Virus record (IMG/VR): IMGVR_UViG_3300030085_002462
Reading direction: 5' to 3' (one strand)
DNA length: 64,000 nt
DNA from: a virus
This document shows positions 43,252-53,515 of the stretch, one piece after another. Each line of letters starts with the position of its first letter. The stretch's first letter is position 1. The notes under the pieces are model-generated. The model ran no database searches and was not told where the DNA came from. It saw only the letters and a program-made list of their open reading frames with translations. Both the position numbers and the translations under genes were made by a program.

Positions 43252-46200
43252 ATGGCACTAACCCGTCTTAAAAATATCATCACGTCTAGGACAGGACGTA
43301 TTATCTACGTCAACCCTGACGACTTCGATGCGTCTGACGCATACGACAATAGAGGTAACTCCGCGCTGCGTCCTTTTAAGACATTGCAACGTGCATTCCT
43401 TGAGGTAGCACGTTTCTCATATAGAGTGGGTCTATCTAACGACGAATTTGACGCATTCTCAATCTATCTGTATCCATCTGAATATGTTATTGACAACCGT
43501 CCTGGTACGGCAGACTTCAATAGCATTCAACCATTCAACGAAAACACAAACTTCGATCTAACGTCACCCTCTAACGAGTTGTATAAATTCAACTCTGCTC
43601 AGGGTGGCATTGTCGTACCTAGAGGTTGTAGTGTTATTGGATCAGACCTTCGTCGTACTAAAATTGTGCCGAAGTATGTACCCTATCCTACAGTTAGTGG
43701 TGCGCTCGGTATTACAGCATCTAACGAACCACTACCAACTGCTATCTTCAAACTAACTGGTGGTTGTTATTTCTGGCAGATGTCATTCTTTGATGGTGAC
43801 ACCACTGGTGTTTACTATCGTGATGATCTTGCTACTATTGCCCCTAACTTCTCTCACCACAAACTCACTTGTTTTGAGTTTGCTAATGTAGCAGATCTGG
43901 AGCTTTACTATCAGAAGATCTCGAAAGCATACGCTACAATTCCTGATACCTCTGGTATTGTATCTCAGGACCAGATTCAGGCAAGAATCGAAGAAAACAG
44001 AATCGTTGGTCCTATTTCGGACGAATTTGCAGTATCGCAGATTATTAGAAATGGACAAACAGCAACAGCATTCACCGTGGATGAATTGGGTAACCCCAAA
44101 AACCACGGATTCTCTGTGGGTGTGGCAGTTAATATTTCTGGTGTCACTGGTCCTACTGATCAGGATGCTCTACTTTATAACGGGTCATTCCTAGTTACGT
44201 CTGCACAAGGTAACCAGTTTACCTATCAGATGTCAGCAGAGCCCACGGGTAACGCACTTGGCAGTAATGTTCTTGTTAAGGTTGAGATCGATACTGTTGA
44301 CTCTGCATCACCATATGTCTTTAACTGCTCGCTAAGATCAGTTTGGGGTATTGGTGGTATGCACGCAGATGGATCTCGTGCAACTGGTTTCAAATCAATG
44401 GTTGTTGCCCAGTTTACTGGTATTTCTCTACAGAAAGACGATCGTGCATTTGTGGTGTATAATCCAACAAACGGAGCGTATGAAGCGCAAGCGAGTGGAT
44501 CTGGTGCACACATTAATGGATTGGCAAAATACCGTAAAGGATGGCGTCACTGCCATATTAAGGCATCCAATGACGCATTCATTCAGGTTGTGTCTGTGTT
44601 CGCTGTGGGATTTGGTGATCATTTCTTCTCTGACAGTGGTGGTGACCTTTCTATTACCAACAGTAATAGTAACTTCGGAAATACGTCTCTTAGATCCAAG
44701 GGATTTAAGGCAGCAGCATTTACAAAGGATAAGGCAGGACAGATTACGCATGTAATCCCACCAAAAGCAATTACTGATATTGAAGAATTATCTGTTAACT
44801 GGGTGTCTTTCGATATTACTAAGACAAAATCGGTTGCTGACCCAACAAAACTTTACTTGTATGGATATACCACAGAGGCGGGAAGACCTCCCTCAAAAAT
44901 ACAAGGTTATACTGTTGGTGCGCGACGTGATGATGTTAACACACCTGATCGTATCTATGTACTCCTAAGAGCATCAGGATCTACAGACCCAACAACACAC
45001 TACGCTGATATCAACCCTGCTGGTAAATCTGTTACTGGCACAAGAGCAGGTGATGATGATTCTCCTATTAAATGGGATGAATCTAACTCTGGATGGTATC
45101 TGCAAGTTGATGGATCAGTTAACACCATTTACACGACACTACAGGCAAACCCACTGTATCAAAACTTAGGTTATACACCTAACTCTTTTGTTAGAAGAAT
45201 TCCTGATTCAAGAAACCTTGTCGATAGAATCTATCGTTATCGTTATGTCCTTGATAAGGATGCATTCCCTGTGCCCAGAGTGCCCATCACTGGTTTCGTG
45301 CTACAACCTAGATCCAGTGAAACTAACTCTCCTGCATATACAAAGACATATTACATCTACTCAGTAGAAACACATCAAGTATTTGAAAGAGGTGTTACGG
45401 ATGGTATTTACTATCTGACACTGTTGAATGCTTCGGTGTCACCATCTACATCTAACTTCAACGATTTCTTCTTCTCACAGCAGACAGTTGATCTGTATCC
45501 TGCATTTGACAGAGATAACCCTGTCGGTGATCCACAGGCAGCAGTATCTGTTGCAGATAATGAAACGTTGGGTCTGGTGTATACAACTGATGGTGCATCA
45601 CCTGTTGCTAACATTGATACTGAGAGATCTATCACGAAAGAAACTTCACAGTATTACTTGCTTGAATCTGAAAATAACATCGGATACAACACTACATCTA
45701 ACCTGTTGAATGGTATTAGTGTTACAGCAAGACTTGGTGATGAAGAAGAGCGTAAGATTCCATTGAAACTTAACGCTGACAATAGTGTGCAACCTATTCT
45801 CGTAGAATTGAGAAGATATTCTATTCTTAGAGCATCTGGTCACACGTTTGAGTATCTTGGATTTGGTCCAGGTAACTATTCAACTGCATTCCCATCCACA
45901 CAGGTTGAGGTGCTAACACCCGAGCAAGTTAGACTGTCACAGTCTCTCAAAGAAGCATCAGGTGTTGCATACTACTCTGGTGTTAACAGTGATGGTGAGT
46001 TGTTTGTTGGTAACCAGGTTATCAACCCAGTTACAGGTCAGATCACAAACGAAGATATTGCACAACTGAATGTGTTGGGTGAAGAAGACACAACTATCGA
46101 GACATTCTCCGAGTTGGTGTTGACTGATAAACTAACCGTTATCGGTGGTGCATCTAACCAGTTGGAATCTGTATTCTCTGGTCCTGTTACCTTCCAGAGG

Positions 46201-46824
46201 AAAGTAACATCACAGGAGAATGTGCAGTCACTGGTATTTACATTCTCCAATGATGATGGCACCACATTGAAGCAACAATTCCTCGCTGAGGAATTAGGCA
46301 CTGGTTTGCCCGATGTTGACGCTGGTGGTGCATATGCAGACGGTGATATCTGTTACAACGTGGATTGGGAACCAGGACAAGCACTTGGTTGGATCTATGA
46401 CGCTGGTGACTGGTATAAGTTTGGATTGAGTGATACTACACCAATTACATCCCAGAGATATAATGGCGTCACTCATTATGGTATCGGTGAAGCACCTGAC
46501 GCTAACAATAGATTCAGGATTACTGGTAACGTAGCAGTTACTGGTGACATTGATGTGACTGGTAAATATGGTTGTGCTGATAAGTATGCACTTGCAACTG
46601 GCATAACTAATAGTAATAATGGTGTTGTTTACAATGGAGATGCAACAACAACAAGTTTCGCTGTGTCCGCAGGACACACAGCATACTCTCTGCTGGTATT
46701 CTTGAATGGTGTTTGTCAGGTGCCTGGTGTTGACTACACCGTGACATCTAACAGTGTTGACTTTAGTATTTCTTCACCACCTGGTAATGGTGATGTGATT
46801 CAAATTCGTGAATTGGTTATCTAA
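43252..46824 (+). CDS. Tail-fibre-like virion protein, 1190 aa
   Basis: Late promoter TAAATA at 43222; MALTRL.N....TGRIIYV...RPFKTLQRA start; C-terminal VFLNGVCQ.P..DYTV domain. Confidence 0.8.
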   Translation: MALTRLKNIITSRTGRIIYVNPDDFDASDAYDNRGNSALRPFKTLQRAFLEVARFSYRVGLSNDEFDAFSIYLYPSEYVIDNRPGTADFNSIQPFNENTNFDLTSPSNELYKFNSAQGGIVVPRGCSVIGSDLRRTKIVPKYVPYPTVSGALGITASNEPLPTAIFKLTGGCYFWQMSFFDGDTTGVYYRDDLATIAPNFSHHKLTCFEFANVADLELYYQKISKAYATIPDTSGIVSQDQIQARIEENRIVGPISDEFAVSQIIRNGQTATAFTVDELGNPKNHGFSVGVAVNISGVTGPTDQDALLYNGSFLVTSAQGNQFTYQMSAEPTGNALGSNVLVKVEIDTVDSASPYVFNCSLRSVWGIGGMHADGSRATGFKSMVVAQFTGISLQKDDRAFVVYNPTNGAYEAQASGSGAHINGLAKYRKGWRHCHIKASNDAFIQVVSVFAVGFGDHFFSDSGGDLSITNSNSNFGNTSLRSKGFKAAAFTKDKAGQITHVIPPKAITDIEELSVNWVSFDITKTKSVADPTKLYLYGYTTEAGRPPSKIQGYTVGARRDDVNTPDRIYVLLRASGSTDPTTHYADINPAGKSVTGTRAGDDDSPIKWDESNSGWYLQVDGSVNTIYTTLQANPLYQNLGYTPNSFVRRIPDSRNLVDRIYRYRYVLDKDAFPVPRVPITGFVLQPRSSETNSPAYTKTYYIYSVETHQVFERGVTDGIYYLTLLNASVSPSTSNFNDFFFSQQTVDLYPAFDRDNPVGDPQAAVSVADNETLGLVYTTDGASPVANIDTERSITKETSQYYLLESENNIGYNTTSNLLNGISVTARLGDEEERKIPLKLNADNSVQPILVELRRYSILRASGHTFEYLGFGPGNYSTAFPSTQVEVLTPEQVRLSQSLKEASGVAYYSGVNSDGELFVGNQVINPVTGQITNEDIAQLNVLGEEDTTIETFSELVLTDKLTVIGGASNQLESVFSGPVTFQRKVTSQENVQSLVFTFSNDDGTTLKQQFLAEELGTGLPDVDAGGAYADGDICYNVDWEPGQALGWIYDAGDWYKFGLSDTTPITSQRYNGVTHYGIGEAPDANNRFRITGNVAVTGDIDVTGKYGCADKYALATGITNSNNGVVYNGDATTTSFAVSAGHTAYSLLVFLNGVCQVPGVDYTVTSNSVDFSISSPPGNGDVIQIRELVI

Positions 46825-46853
46825 AAAATAAATAACAGTAAACGAGGGTTCAC

Positions 46854-47777
46854 ATGGCAACTCAGATTATTGGCAATCAGATTAATCAGGTTACTCGTGC
46901 CATCATGGAGGCACTTCAGGTAACTGAGCAGATCAACCTGCCTAATCTTAACCAAACACAGATCAATGCCCTAGGCACACCTGCATACGGCACACTGGTG
47001 TATAACAGCACCGAAGATATGGCACAGATATATCTTCAGGATGCTGCACAAGGTGTACCTGGTTGGGATGATGTTGGTGGCGGTGGTCCCTCTGTTGGTG
47101 AAGAGTCAATCATTAGGACTAATGGTCCTAGAATTCAACAAAACATTACTGTTGGTCCTGTTGCTAACGGTGGTGACGAATTTACTAACGGATTCTCTGC
47201 AGGTCCGATTCAGATTGATAACGGATATACTGTAACAGTTGAAAATGGAGCACGATGGACTATCATCGGTGGTGAGGAAAACGACCTCTCTGAAGGTACT
47301 CCAGTCCAAGTGAAGTATGCTCAGACAGAACCACTGAGATATACTATTAGATCCCAAAATGTTAGTGATGGCGCAATTCCTGGTTTAGAAATTAATATCC
47401 AACCTACACACACTGACTCTAAGATTTTGTTGATTGCTAATATTATGTCAACTGGTCAACACGTCTCCAGTTTTGGATTCATGAGACAAATTGCTGGTGG
47501 TGGTCAAACAACTCTCGAACCATCGGGACATCCTGGTAACAACAGTAATACTGGCAATGGTCGTATTGCTACTTGGTATCGTGGTGATGACACGCCAGGT
47601 CACATCTATGCACATACTGTGATGTTTATGGATATGCCATCAACTCAAAATATGTGCACATATGTTGTGGGTGGCACAGCATCTTGGGGTGGAAGTATCA
47701 GAGATCTCTATATTAATGATAGAGATAGTAATGATATGAGAGGTATTTCTTCGTTTATGGCAATGGAGGTAAGATGA
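46854..47777 (+). CDS. Short fibre or virion structural protein
   Basis: Late promoter TAAATA at 46829; IRTN...I..N.T...NG.SAGPI.I..G.TVTV..GA.W motif followed by a tip domain. Confidence 0.75.
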   Translation: MATQIIGNQINQVTRAIMEALQVTEQINLPNLNQTQINALGTPAYGTLVYNSTEDMAQIYLQDAAQGVPGWDDVGGGGPSVGEESIIRTNGPRIQQNITVGPVANGGDEFTNGFSAGPIQIDNGYTVTVENGARWTIIGGEENDLSEGTPVQVKYAQTEPLRYTIRSQNVSDGAIPGLEINIQPTHTDSKILLIANIMSTGQHVSSFGFMRQIAGGGQTTLEPSGHPGNNSNTGNGRIATWYRGDDTPGHIYAHTVMFMDMPSTQNMCTYVVGGTASWGGSIRDLYINDRDSNDMRGISSFMAMEVR

Positions 47778-48085
47778 GATTGGATTTTAGTGATGAGATT
47801 AAAACACAGGCGATTGTACGTGTGTGTGGAGATCACTCTTTTACAATGACAGAAGGTGATTTGACTACGATTAAATTCGCAGATCCACATATCCGCGTCC
47901 CATCTGCATCACGTCTTGAAGCAATGTGTGAGGTCATTGCTAATGAAAAACGACTTGAGAAAAAACTACCACCTCCTCCTGTAACAATGGATCTCCTAGA
48001 AATGATCTGGGAAGATATTCATGCAGGGAAACTAAATAAGGAAGGTAGTTTTTACAATGTCCTTAAACCTTACATTGATAAATAA
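47774..48085 (+). CDS. Putative fibre assembly chaperone
   Basis: LLEMIWEDIHAGKL...GSFY motif; directly follows a fibre gene. Confidence 0.5.
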   Translation: MRLDFSDEIKTQAIVRVCGDHSFTMTEGDLTTIKFADPHIRVPSASRLEAMCEVIANEKRLEKKLPPPPVTMDLLEMIWEDIHAGKLNKEGSFYNVLKPYIDK

Positions 48086-48105
48086 TCGGGAGAGAAAACT
48101 AAAAA

Positions 48106-48921
48106 ATGGCACAACTAAAACTTGGAGCGATTAAAGATCTAAGCGGCGTGAGTGGTTTTACATTCACTGCTGGAGGTGTGTCTGCTAACGGTGCTTTGGT
48201 CGTAACAGACCTTGTTATTGATGGAAGTGTTTCTGGTTCTGCCGTGGGCACATATGTGGTGCCAAGTGTAAGCGGACAGGCAAATAGATTTCTGACTAAC
48301 GACGGCAGTAGCATGAGTTGGGCAGAAGTTGCAACCTCTGCTGGTGTTAGATCCATGTCGGTCTATACTGGCAACAATACATGGAACAAACCTTCAGGTA
48401 CTAGATCTATTCTAGTAACTGTAACTGGTGCTGGAGGTGGTGGATCAGGATTCCATGAAGGTGGTGGTGCTGGTGGCACATCACAAAGACATATTGATGT
48501 GACTAACATTAACTCAGTTAGTGTTACAGTCGGATCACCTGGTGGCGGTGCTTACTACAACGGATGTGGTGGTAATGGTAACGCTTCTTCTTTTGGTAGT
48601 TACTTGTCTGCTAACGGTGGTGTTGGTGGTAACTGCTCACAGCAACACGCTGGAGGATTGGGTGGTCATGGATCAGGTGGCACACTAAATATCCATGGTG
48701 GTGGTAACGGAGGTCACGGATCTCACCACTCTTATGGTTGTGGTGTTTCTGCATCTAGTTACTGGGGTGGTGGACAACCTTCCTGTCATCATAGAAATCA
48801 TCACTACGCTCATTCCCATGAATCATATGCTGCATGGGGTGCAGGTGGTGGCGGCGCTGAATTCGGTTATCGTGGAGCACGCGGTAGAGAAGGAGTCGTT
48901 GTTGTCCTTGAGTATTATTGA
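48106..48921 (+). CDS. Glycine-rich, His-rich fibre or adhesin paralog 1
   Basis: Late promoter TAAATA at 48079; NRFLTNDGSSMSW shaft motif; VTVTGAGGGG...GREGVVVV..Y glycine-rich domain. Confidence 0.8.
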   Translation: MAQLKLGAIKDLSGVSGFTFTAGGVSANGALVVTDLVIDGSVSGSAVGTYVVPSVSGQANRFLTNDGSSMSWAEVATSAGVRSMSVYTGNNTWNKPSGTRSILVTVTGAGGGGSGFHEGGGAGGTSQRHIDVTNINSVSVTVGSPGGGAYYNGCGGNGNASSFGSYLSANGGVGGNCSQQHAGGLGGHGSGGTLNIHGGGNGGHGSHHSYGCGVSASSYWGGGQPSCHHRNHHYAHSHESYAAWGAGGGGAEFGYRGARGREGVVVVLEYY

Positions 48922-48944
48922 TAAATAACTAAAAAGTAAGTCTC

Positions 48945-49760
48945 ATGAGTATTCTTAAAACCAGTAATATCTATGATCTTACGGGCGTCTCGGGTTTCTC
49001 CTTCTCTGGAGGCGGCGTCACGGTGGAGGGTACTCTTACGGTCTCTACTTTGACGGTTAATGGTGCTATTGTTGGACAATCTTCTTACGTTTTGCCCTCA
49101 CAGTCAGGTAGCAGCGGTAAGTTTCTATCCAATGATGGTACTAAGTTACAATGGAAGGACTTAAGTGTTGAGTCTGGCATTAGATCAATGTCAGTCTATA
49201 CTGGTGGTAACACATGGAATAAACCCAACGGTGTTGGCACTATTCACGTTTTGGTTACTGGTGCTGGCGGCGGTGGATCTGGATTCGGTGAATCTGGTGG
49301 TGCTGGTGGTCACTCAGAGAAAGTAATTAACGTAGCAAATATTAACTCTGTAGGTATTACAGTTGGATCACCTGGCGGTGGTGCATACTATAATGGTTGC
49401 GGTGGTAATGGTAACGCATCAAGTTTTGGATCGTATCTATCAGCAAACGGCGGTGTTGGTGGCAACTGCTCACAACAGCACGCTGGTGGACTCGGTGGAC
49501 ATGGATCTGGCGGTGAATTAAACATCCACGGTGGTGGAGGATCTGGACACGGATCTTATCACTCCTATGGTCGTCACTATCCTGGTCCCTCATTCTGGGG
49601 TGGCGGACAACCTGGTTGTCATCACAGAAATCATCACTATGCACACTCTCATGAATCATATGCTGCATGGGGCGCTGGCGGTGGTGGTGCTGAGTTTGGT
49701 TATAGAGGTGCCCGAGGTCGTGAGGGTATTGTTGTTGTATACGAGTATTACGGCGATTAA
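48945..49760 (+). CDS. Glycine-rich, His-rich fibre or adhesin paralog 2
   Basis: Late promoter TAAATA at 48922; same architecture as paralog 1. Confidence 0.8.
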   Translation: MSILKTSNIYDLTGVSGFSFSGGGVTVEGTLTVSTLTVNGAIVGQSSYVLPSQSGSSGKFLSNDGTKLQWKDLSVESGIRSMSVYTGGNTWNKPNGVGTIHVLVTGAGGGGSGFGESGGAGGHSEKVINVANINSVGITVGSPGGGAYYNGCGGNGNASSFGSYLSANGGVGGNCSQQHAGGLGGHGSGGELNIHGGGGSGHGSYHSYGRHYPGPSFWGGGQPGCHHRNHHYAHSHESYAAWGAGGGGAEFGYRGARGREGIVVVYEYYGD

Positions 49761-49763
49761 TCA

Positions 49764-50570
49764 ATGAGTATCCTTAAAATTAACCACGTTAAAGACCTTA
49801 GCGGTATTGGTGGTTTCCAACTAGAAGCGGCAAACATTACCACAAATGGTACACTGAGAGTTACTGATCTCGCTATCAACGGTCAGGTCAATGGCACGGC
49901 GTCTAGTATTATTCCAGCGCTGCCTGGTAGTAATTACTATCTAACTACAAATGGTAGTAGTTTGAGTTGGCAGGAAGTTTCTTCATCTGGTGGATTCAAA
50001 TCCATGCAGGTATGGACAGGTAATGGCACATGGAGCAAACCTCAAGGAATTAGATCTATCCTTGTTAAAGTTGTTGGTGCTGGTGGCGGGGGATCAGGAT
50101 ATACTGAAGCAGGTGGTGCTGGTGGACATGGTGAAGTTATCGTTGATGTTAATAATGTAAATAGTGTTGGCGTTACTGTTGGATCACCAGGTGGTGGCGC
50201 ATATTATAATGGTTGTGGTGGTAATGGTAATGCATCATCATTTGGTGGATATGTATCTGCTAATGGTGGTACAGGTGCTAATTGTCATAACCAATACGCT
50301 GGTGGATTTGGTGGGCATGGATCTGGTGGTAACCTCAACTCACATGGTGGAGGTGGCACAGGTCACGGATCTCACTATTCTTATGGTAATATGATGGGCG
50401 GTGCATCCTATATGGGTGGATCTCAACCTGGTTGTCATCATAGAAATCATCATTATGCACACTCTCACGAGAGTTATGCTGCATGGGGTGCTGGTGGTAA
50501 CGGAGCAGAGTTCGGTTATCGCGGTGCACGCGGTAGAGAGGGTGTGGTAGTTGTCTATGAATATGCTTGA
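49764..50570 (+). CDS. Glycine-rich, His-rich fibre or adhesin paralog 3
   Basis: Same architecture; shares the identical CHHRNHHYAHSHESYAAWGA block. Confidence 0.8.
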   Translation: MSILKINHVKDLSGIGGFQLEAANITTNGTLRVTDLAINGQVNGTASSIIPALPGSNYYLTTNGSSLSWQEVSSSGGFKSMQVWTGNGTWSKPQGIRSILVKVVGAGGGGSGYTEAGGAGGHGEVIVDVNNVNSVGVTVGSPGGGAYYNGCGGNGNASSFGGYVSANGGTGANCHNQYAGGFGGHGSGGNLNSHGGGGTGHGSHYSYGNMMGGASYMGGSQPGCHHRNHHYAHSHESYAAWGAGGNGAEFGYRGARGREGVVVVYEYA

Positions 50571-50598
50571 TAAATAACTAAAGGAAACTTTTACGACA

Positions 50599-51096
50599 AT
50601 GACTAAAAGAGCAATCGTTAACGGCGAAACTGGGGCACTGAGTGATATCTGTGATCCTGGGGACGAGTTTGAGATCTATTCAGGACCTGATGCCACTCAG
50701 AAGTGGTGTGATGTGCCTGATGATACCACTTATGAGCACACCATGATCAATGGTAAGATCTGGCATCGTAGAGATCTAGAGGATAAGCAATTCACTGCTA
50801 CAACTGAGCGTGTACTTGCCTATGGTCCTATGGGTGAGCAGATGGACATGATGTATAAAGATCAAGTAGACGGTGGTACCCGTTGGAAAGATCATATTGC
50901 TAAGGTTAAAGCAAACCTTGCTGCACCATCATCCCTTGATGCATATGATAATGACCCCAAAAAGGTCCAACAGTATGGTAGGATGGCATGGGAAGCATAC
51001 GATGAGGCATATGAAATGCCTGGTGATCGTATGAGAGAAGCACAGGTAAGAATGATCCGTAACTTCGCAGCACAACCAGAAGCAAACAAAGAGTAA
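50599..51096 (+). CDS. Putative tail-fibre assembly chaperone
   Basis: Late promoter TAAATA at 50571; R..AY..MGEQMDMMYKD...G..RWKDHI.KVK motif common after fibre genes. Confidence 0.6.
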   Translation: MTKRAIVNGETGALSDICDPGDEFEIYSGPDATQKWCDVPDDTTYEHTMINGKIWHRRDLEDKQFTATTERVLAYGPMGEQMDMMYKDQVDGGTRWKDHIAKVKANLAAPSSLDAYDNDPKKVQQYGRMAWEAYDEAYEMPGDRMREAQVRMIRNFAAQPEANKE

Positions 51097-51112
51097 TTAG
51101 TATTATTTCGTT

Positions 51113-52714
51113 ATGAAGGTAGAGTCAATTTGTATCGTTGGCGGTGGATCTGCTGGTTGGATGTCAGCAGCACTACTCGCAAAGCAGTTTCCTGATATTG
51201 AAATTGCTCTAGTTGAATCTGATAAAAAACCCACTATTGGTGTGGGTGAAAGTACGTTGGGGCACTTCAATCGTTACCTCCTCCACATGGAGTTGGAGGA
51301 TGAAGATTGGATGCCCCATTGTAATGCAACGTACAAAACATCCATTGCATTTAGAAACTTTAAGCACGGTAAGGGTGAGAGATTCCAGTATCCATTTGGT
51401 GGACTAGCATATCAAGAACCATATAGGACTGACATTCAGAGATTCTATGAGTTGCAGATCCTGCATCCCGAGTTATATCCTGATGATGAGTTTGCTCGCT
51501 TTTGGAATCCATCAACATTGCTGACTGAGCAACAGAAGATTGCTAGTACAGGCATCGATGGTATGATGTGGGACCATAATAACGACAGCGCATATCATTT
51601 TGATGCTGAGTTGTTTGGTATCTATTTGAAAGAGCATCATTGTCAACGTGTCCAGCATGTGGTTGGTCATGTGGATCATGTTGTTAAGACTGAAGATGGA
51701 TATATTAAAGCGATTGTAACTGCTGAGGGTAGTTACATTGAAGCGGACATGTATATTGACTGCACAGGATTTAAGTCACTACTCCTTGAAGGATTCATGG
51801 GTAGTGAGTGGGAATCATTCAAAGATGTGCTATTCAATGATAGAGCAGTAGCAACACAGATTCCATACAAGAATCGTGAAACTGAAATGGATACCTATAC
51901 TGATTGTGATGCACAGTCAGCAGGGTGGGTATGGAATATCCCGTTGTGGAATCGTGTTGGCACGGGATATGTTTACTCATCTGATTACATCAATGAGTGT
52001 GAAGCAGAGCAAGAATTTAGAGAGTATTTGAGTGAGCGATATTCGCCCGAGATTGCCCAAAATGCTGAAATGCGTCACATTAAGATCAAGCATGGTAAGC
52101 ATAAAGAGGCATGGGTTAAGAATGTTGTGGGTATTGGATTGTCCTATGGTTTCCTAGAACCATTGGAATCTACTGGTCTCATGACTACACATGAGAATAT
52201 TCTATTCTTTGCTAATGCACTGGCACGCCGTAATGGTCTACTGACTGATGTTGATCGTAAGTCTTTCAACTTCACAGTGGATAAGGTGCTGGAGAATATG
52301 AAACTATTCGTTGCTCAGCATTATTATCTGACACAACGTCAAGATAATAAGTATTGGCGTGATGTTACCAACATTGAGTTGGGACATGGTGAGTGGAGAT
52401 TGGGGACAGAATATTCTACGCTTCAGTCTAAGCAGGAATACTATAACCTACTTGACAGAGCAACAAATAAATTCTATGATGGTGACACCTTTGGTGGTTT
52501 GCTGTATATCTCAGCAGGTCAAGGTTACCGACCTATATCTTCGTGGGACTTCAAAGTAAGATGTAAGAATGTCCCAATGCATTATGGTCAAGTAACTAGC
52601 ACTCATGAGTGGTATCAGAAGGAAAAGCAAAGACTGTTGGATATCATTGATGATATGCCTACACATTATGAATATCTAAGGGATCGTATTTATGGCAAAG
52701 AAACCGTGGATTAG
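51113..52714 (+). CDS. Flavin-dependent (tryptophan-halogenase/PrnA-like) halogenase 2
   Basis: GGGSAG, IGVGEST, CNATYK, YHFDA, YIDCTGF, GWVWNIP, FLEPLESTG. Confidence 0.92.
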   Translation: MKVESICIVGGGSAGWMSAALLAKQFPDIEIALVESDKKPTIGVGESTLGHFNRYLLHMELEDEDWMPHCNATYKTSIAFRNFKHGKGERFQYPFGGLAYQEPYRTDIQRFYELQILHPELYPDDEFARFWNPSTLLTEQQKIASTGIDGMMWDHNNDSAYHFDAELFGIYLKEHHCQRVQHVVGHVDHVVKTEDGYIKAIVTAEGSYIEADMYIDCTGFKSLLLEGFMGSEWESFKDVLFNDRAVATQIPYKNRETEMDTYTDCDAQSAGWVWNIPLWNRVGTGYVYSSDYINECEAEQEFREYLSERYSPEIAQNAEMRHIKIKHGKHKEAWVKNVVGIGLSYGFLEPLESTGLMTTHENILFFANALARRNGLLTDVDRKSFNFTVDKVLENMKLFVAQHYYLTQRQDNKYWRDVTNIELGHGEWRLGTEYSTLQSKQEYYNLLDRATNKFYDGDTFGGLLYISAGQGYRPISSWDFKVRCKNVPMHYGQVTSTHEWYQKEKQRLLDIIDDMPTHYEYLRDRIYGKETVD

Positions 52715-53513
52715 ATTCTACTCAATCGAGAAGGGTTTATCACAAAGATTCCCGTGGATGCCATCGCGTAAGTTGTCGCGACCATGGAGAGTTAAAGCAC
52801 AGAAAGAGTTATCTAAGGATCCAGTTACCCGTTGTCCAGCATTAAAACTGCAACGCATGGTGCAGATGTCTAAGGTAACTAATCAACCCACTATCTTTCC
52901 AATGCACGCGGCAACTTGCCCAGCATTGACAGGTGTAATGGATAGTGGTTTTATAATGACTGCTGCATATGATTTCGTTATCTCCATGGAAAATGGAGAA
53001 ATGTTTTTCATGTCTAAAGGTGAAAGAATTCATTTACATTCACCTGAGCAGACTGATGGTATGCGTGAGTATATTAGTGACAAACCTATTCACCCTGTTG
53101 TAATTAAGTTACAACAACCATGGAGAGTCCATGCACATAAAGATGTATGCTTCTTGCAGTTGCCAGTAACATATCATAAAGAGGAGCGATTCTCTGTTGC
53201 TACTGGTATTGCAGATCCTACATATTCATATGAGATCAATTTACAACTCTTTTGGCATATGCTAGAGGATGGACAATATCTCATTGAAGCGGGCACACCA
53301 CTCGCACAGTGGATACCTATCCACAGAGATTATCTCAATCCGAGTAACTTCAACGTTGAGATAGAAGATGCAAATGATGACGATTATGTTGCTGAGGATT
53401 ATTGGCAATATCATATGAGAAACACGTTTGCAGAATTACAACCACTACAAGTGAGAAAGAAAATACACCAATTCATTGTCTCACTAAATAAAAACAGCAA
53501 GAGGTTTGAGTAA
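52692..53513 (+). CDS. Conserved cyanophage hypothetical protein (beta-rich)
   Basis: TCPA...MDSGFI..AAYDF, IKL..PW, GTPLAQWIPI. Confidence 0.75.
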   Translation: MAKKPWIRFYSIEKGLSQRFPWMPSRKLSRPWRVKAQKELSKDPVTRCPALKLQRMVQMSKVTNQPTIFPMHAATCPALTGVMDSGFIMTAAYDFVISMENGEMFFMSKGERIHLHSPEQTDGMREYISDKPIHPVVIKLQQPWRVHAHKDVCFLQLPVTYHKEERFSVATGIADPTYSYEINLQLFWHMLEDGQYLIEAGTPLAQWIPIHRDYLNPSNFNVEIEDANDDDYVAEDYWQYHMRNTFAELQPLQVRKKIHQFIVSLNKNSKRFE

Positions 53514-53515
53514 TC

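Noticed and set aside
48106-50570. Three paralogs as a diversity-generating retroelement or an invertible fibre-switching cassette
   Set aside because: No reverse transcriptase or invertase nearby, all copies are in the same orientation, and differences are synonymous rather than adenine-specific.
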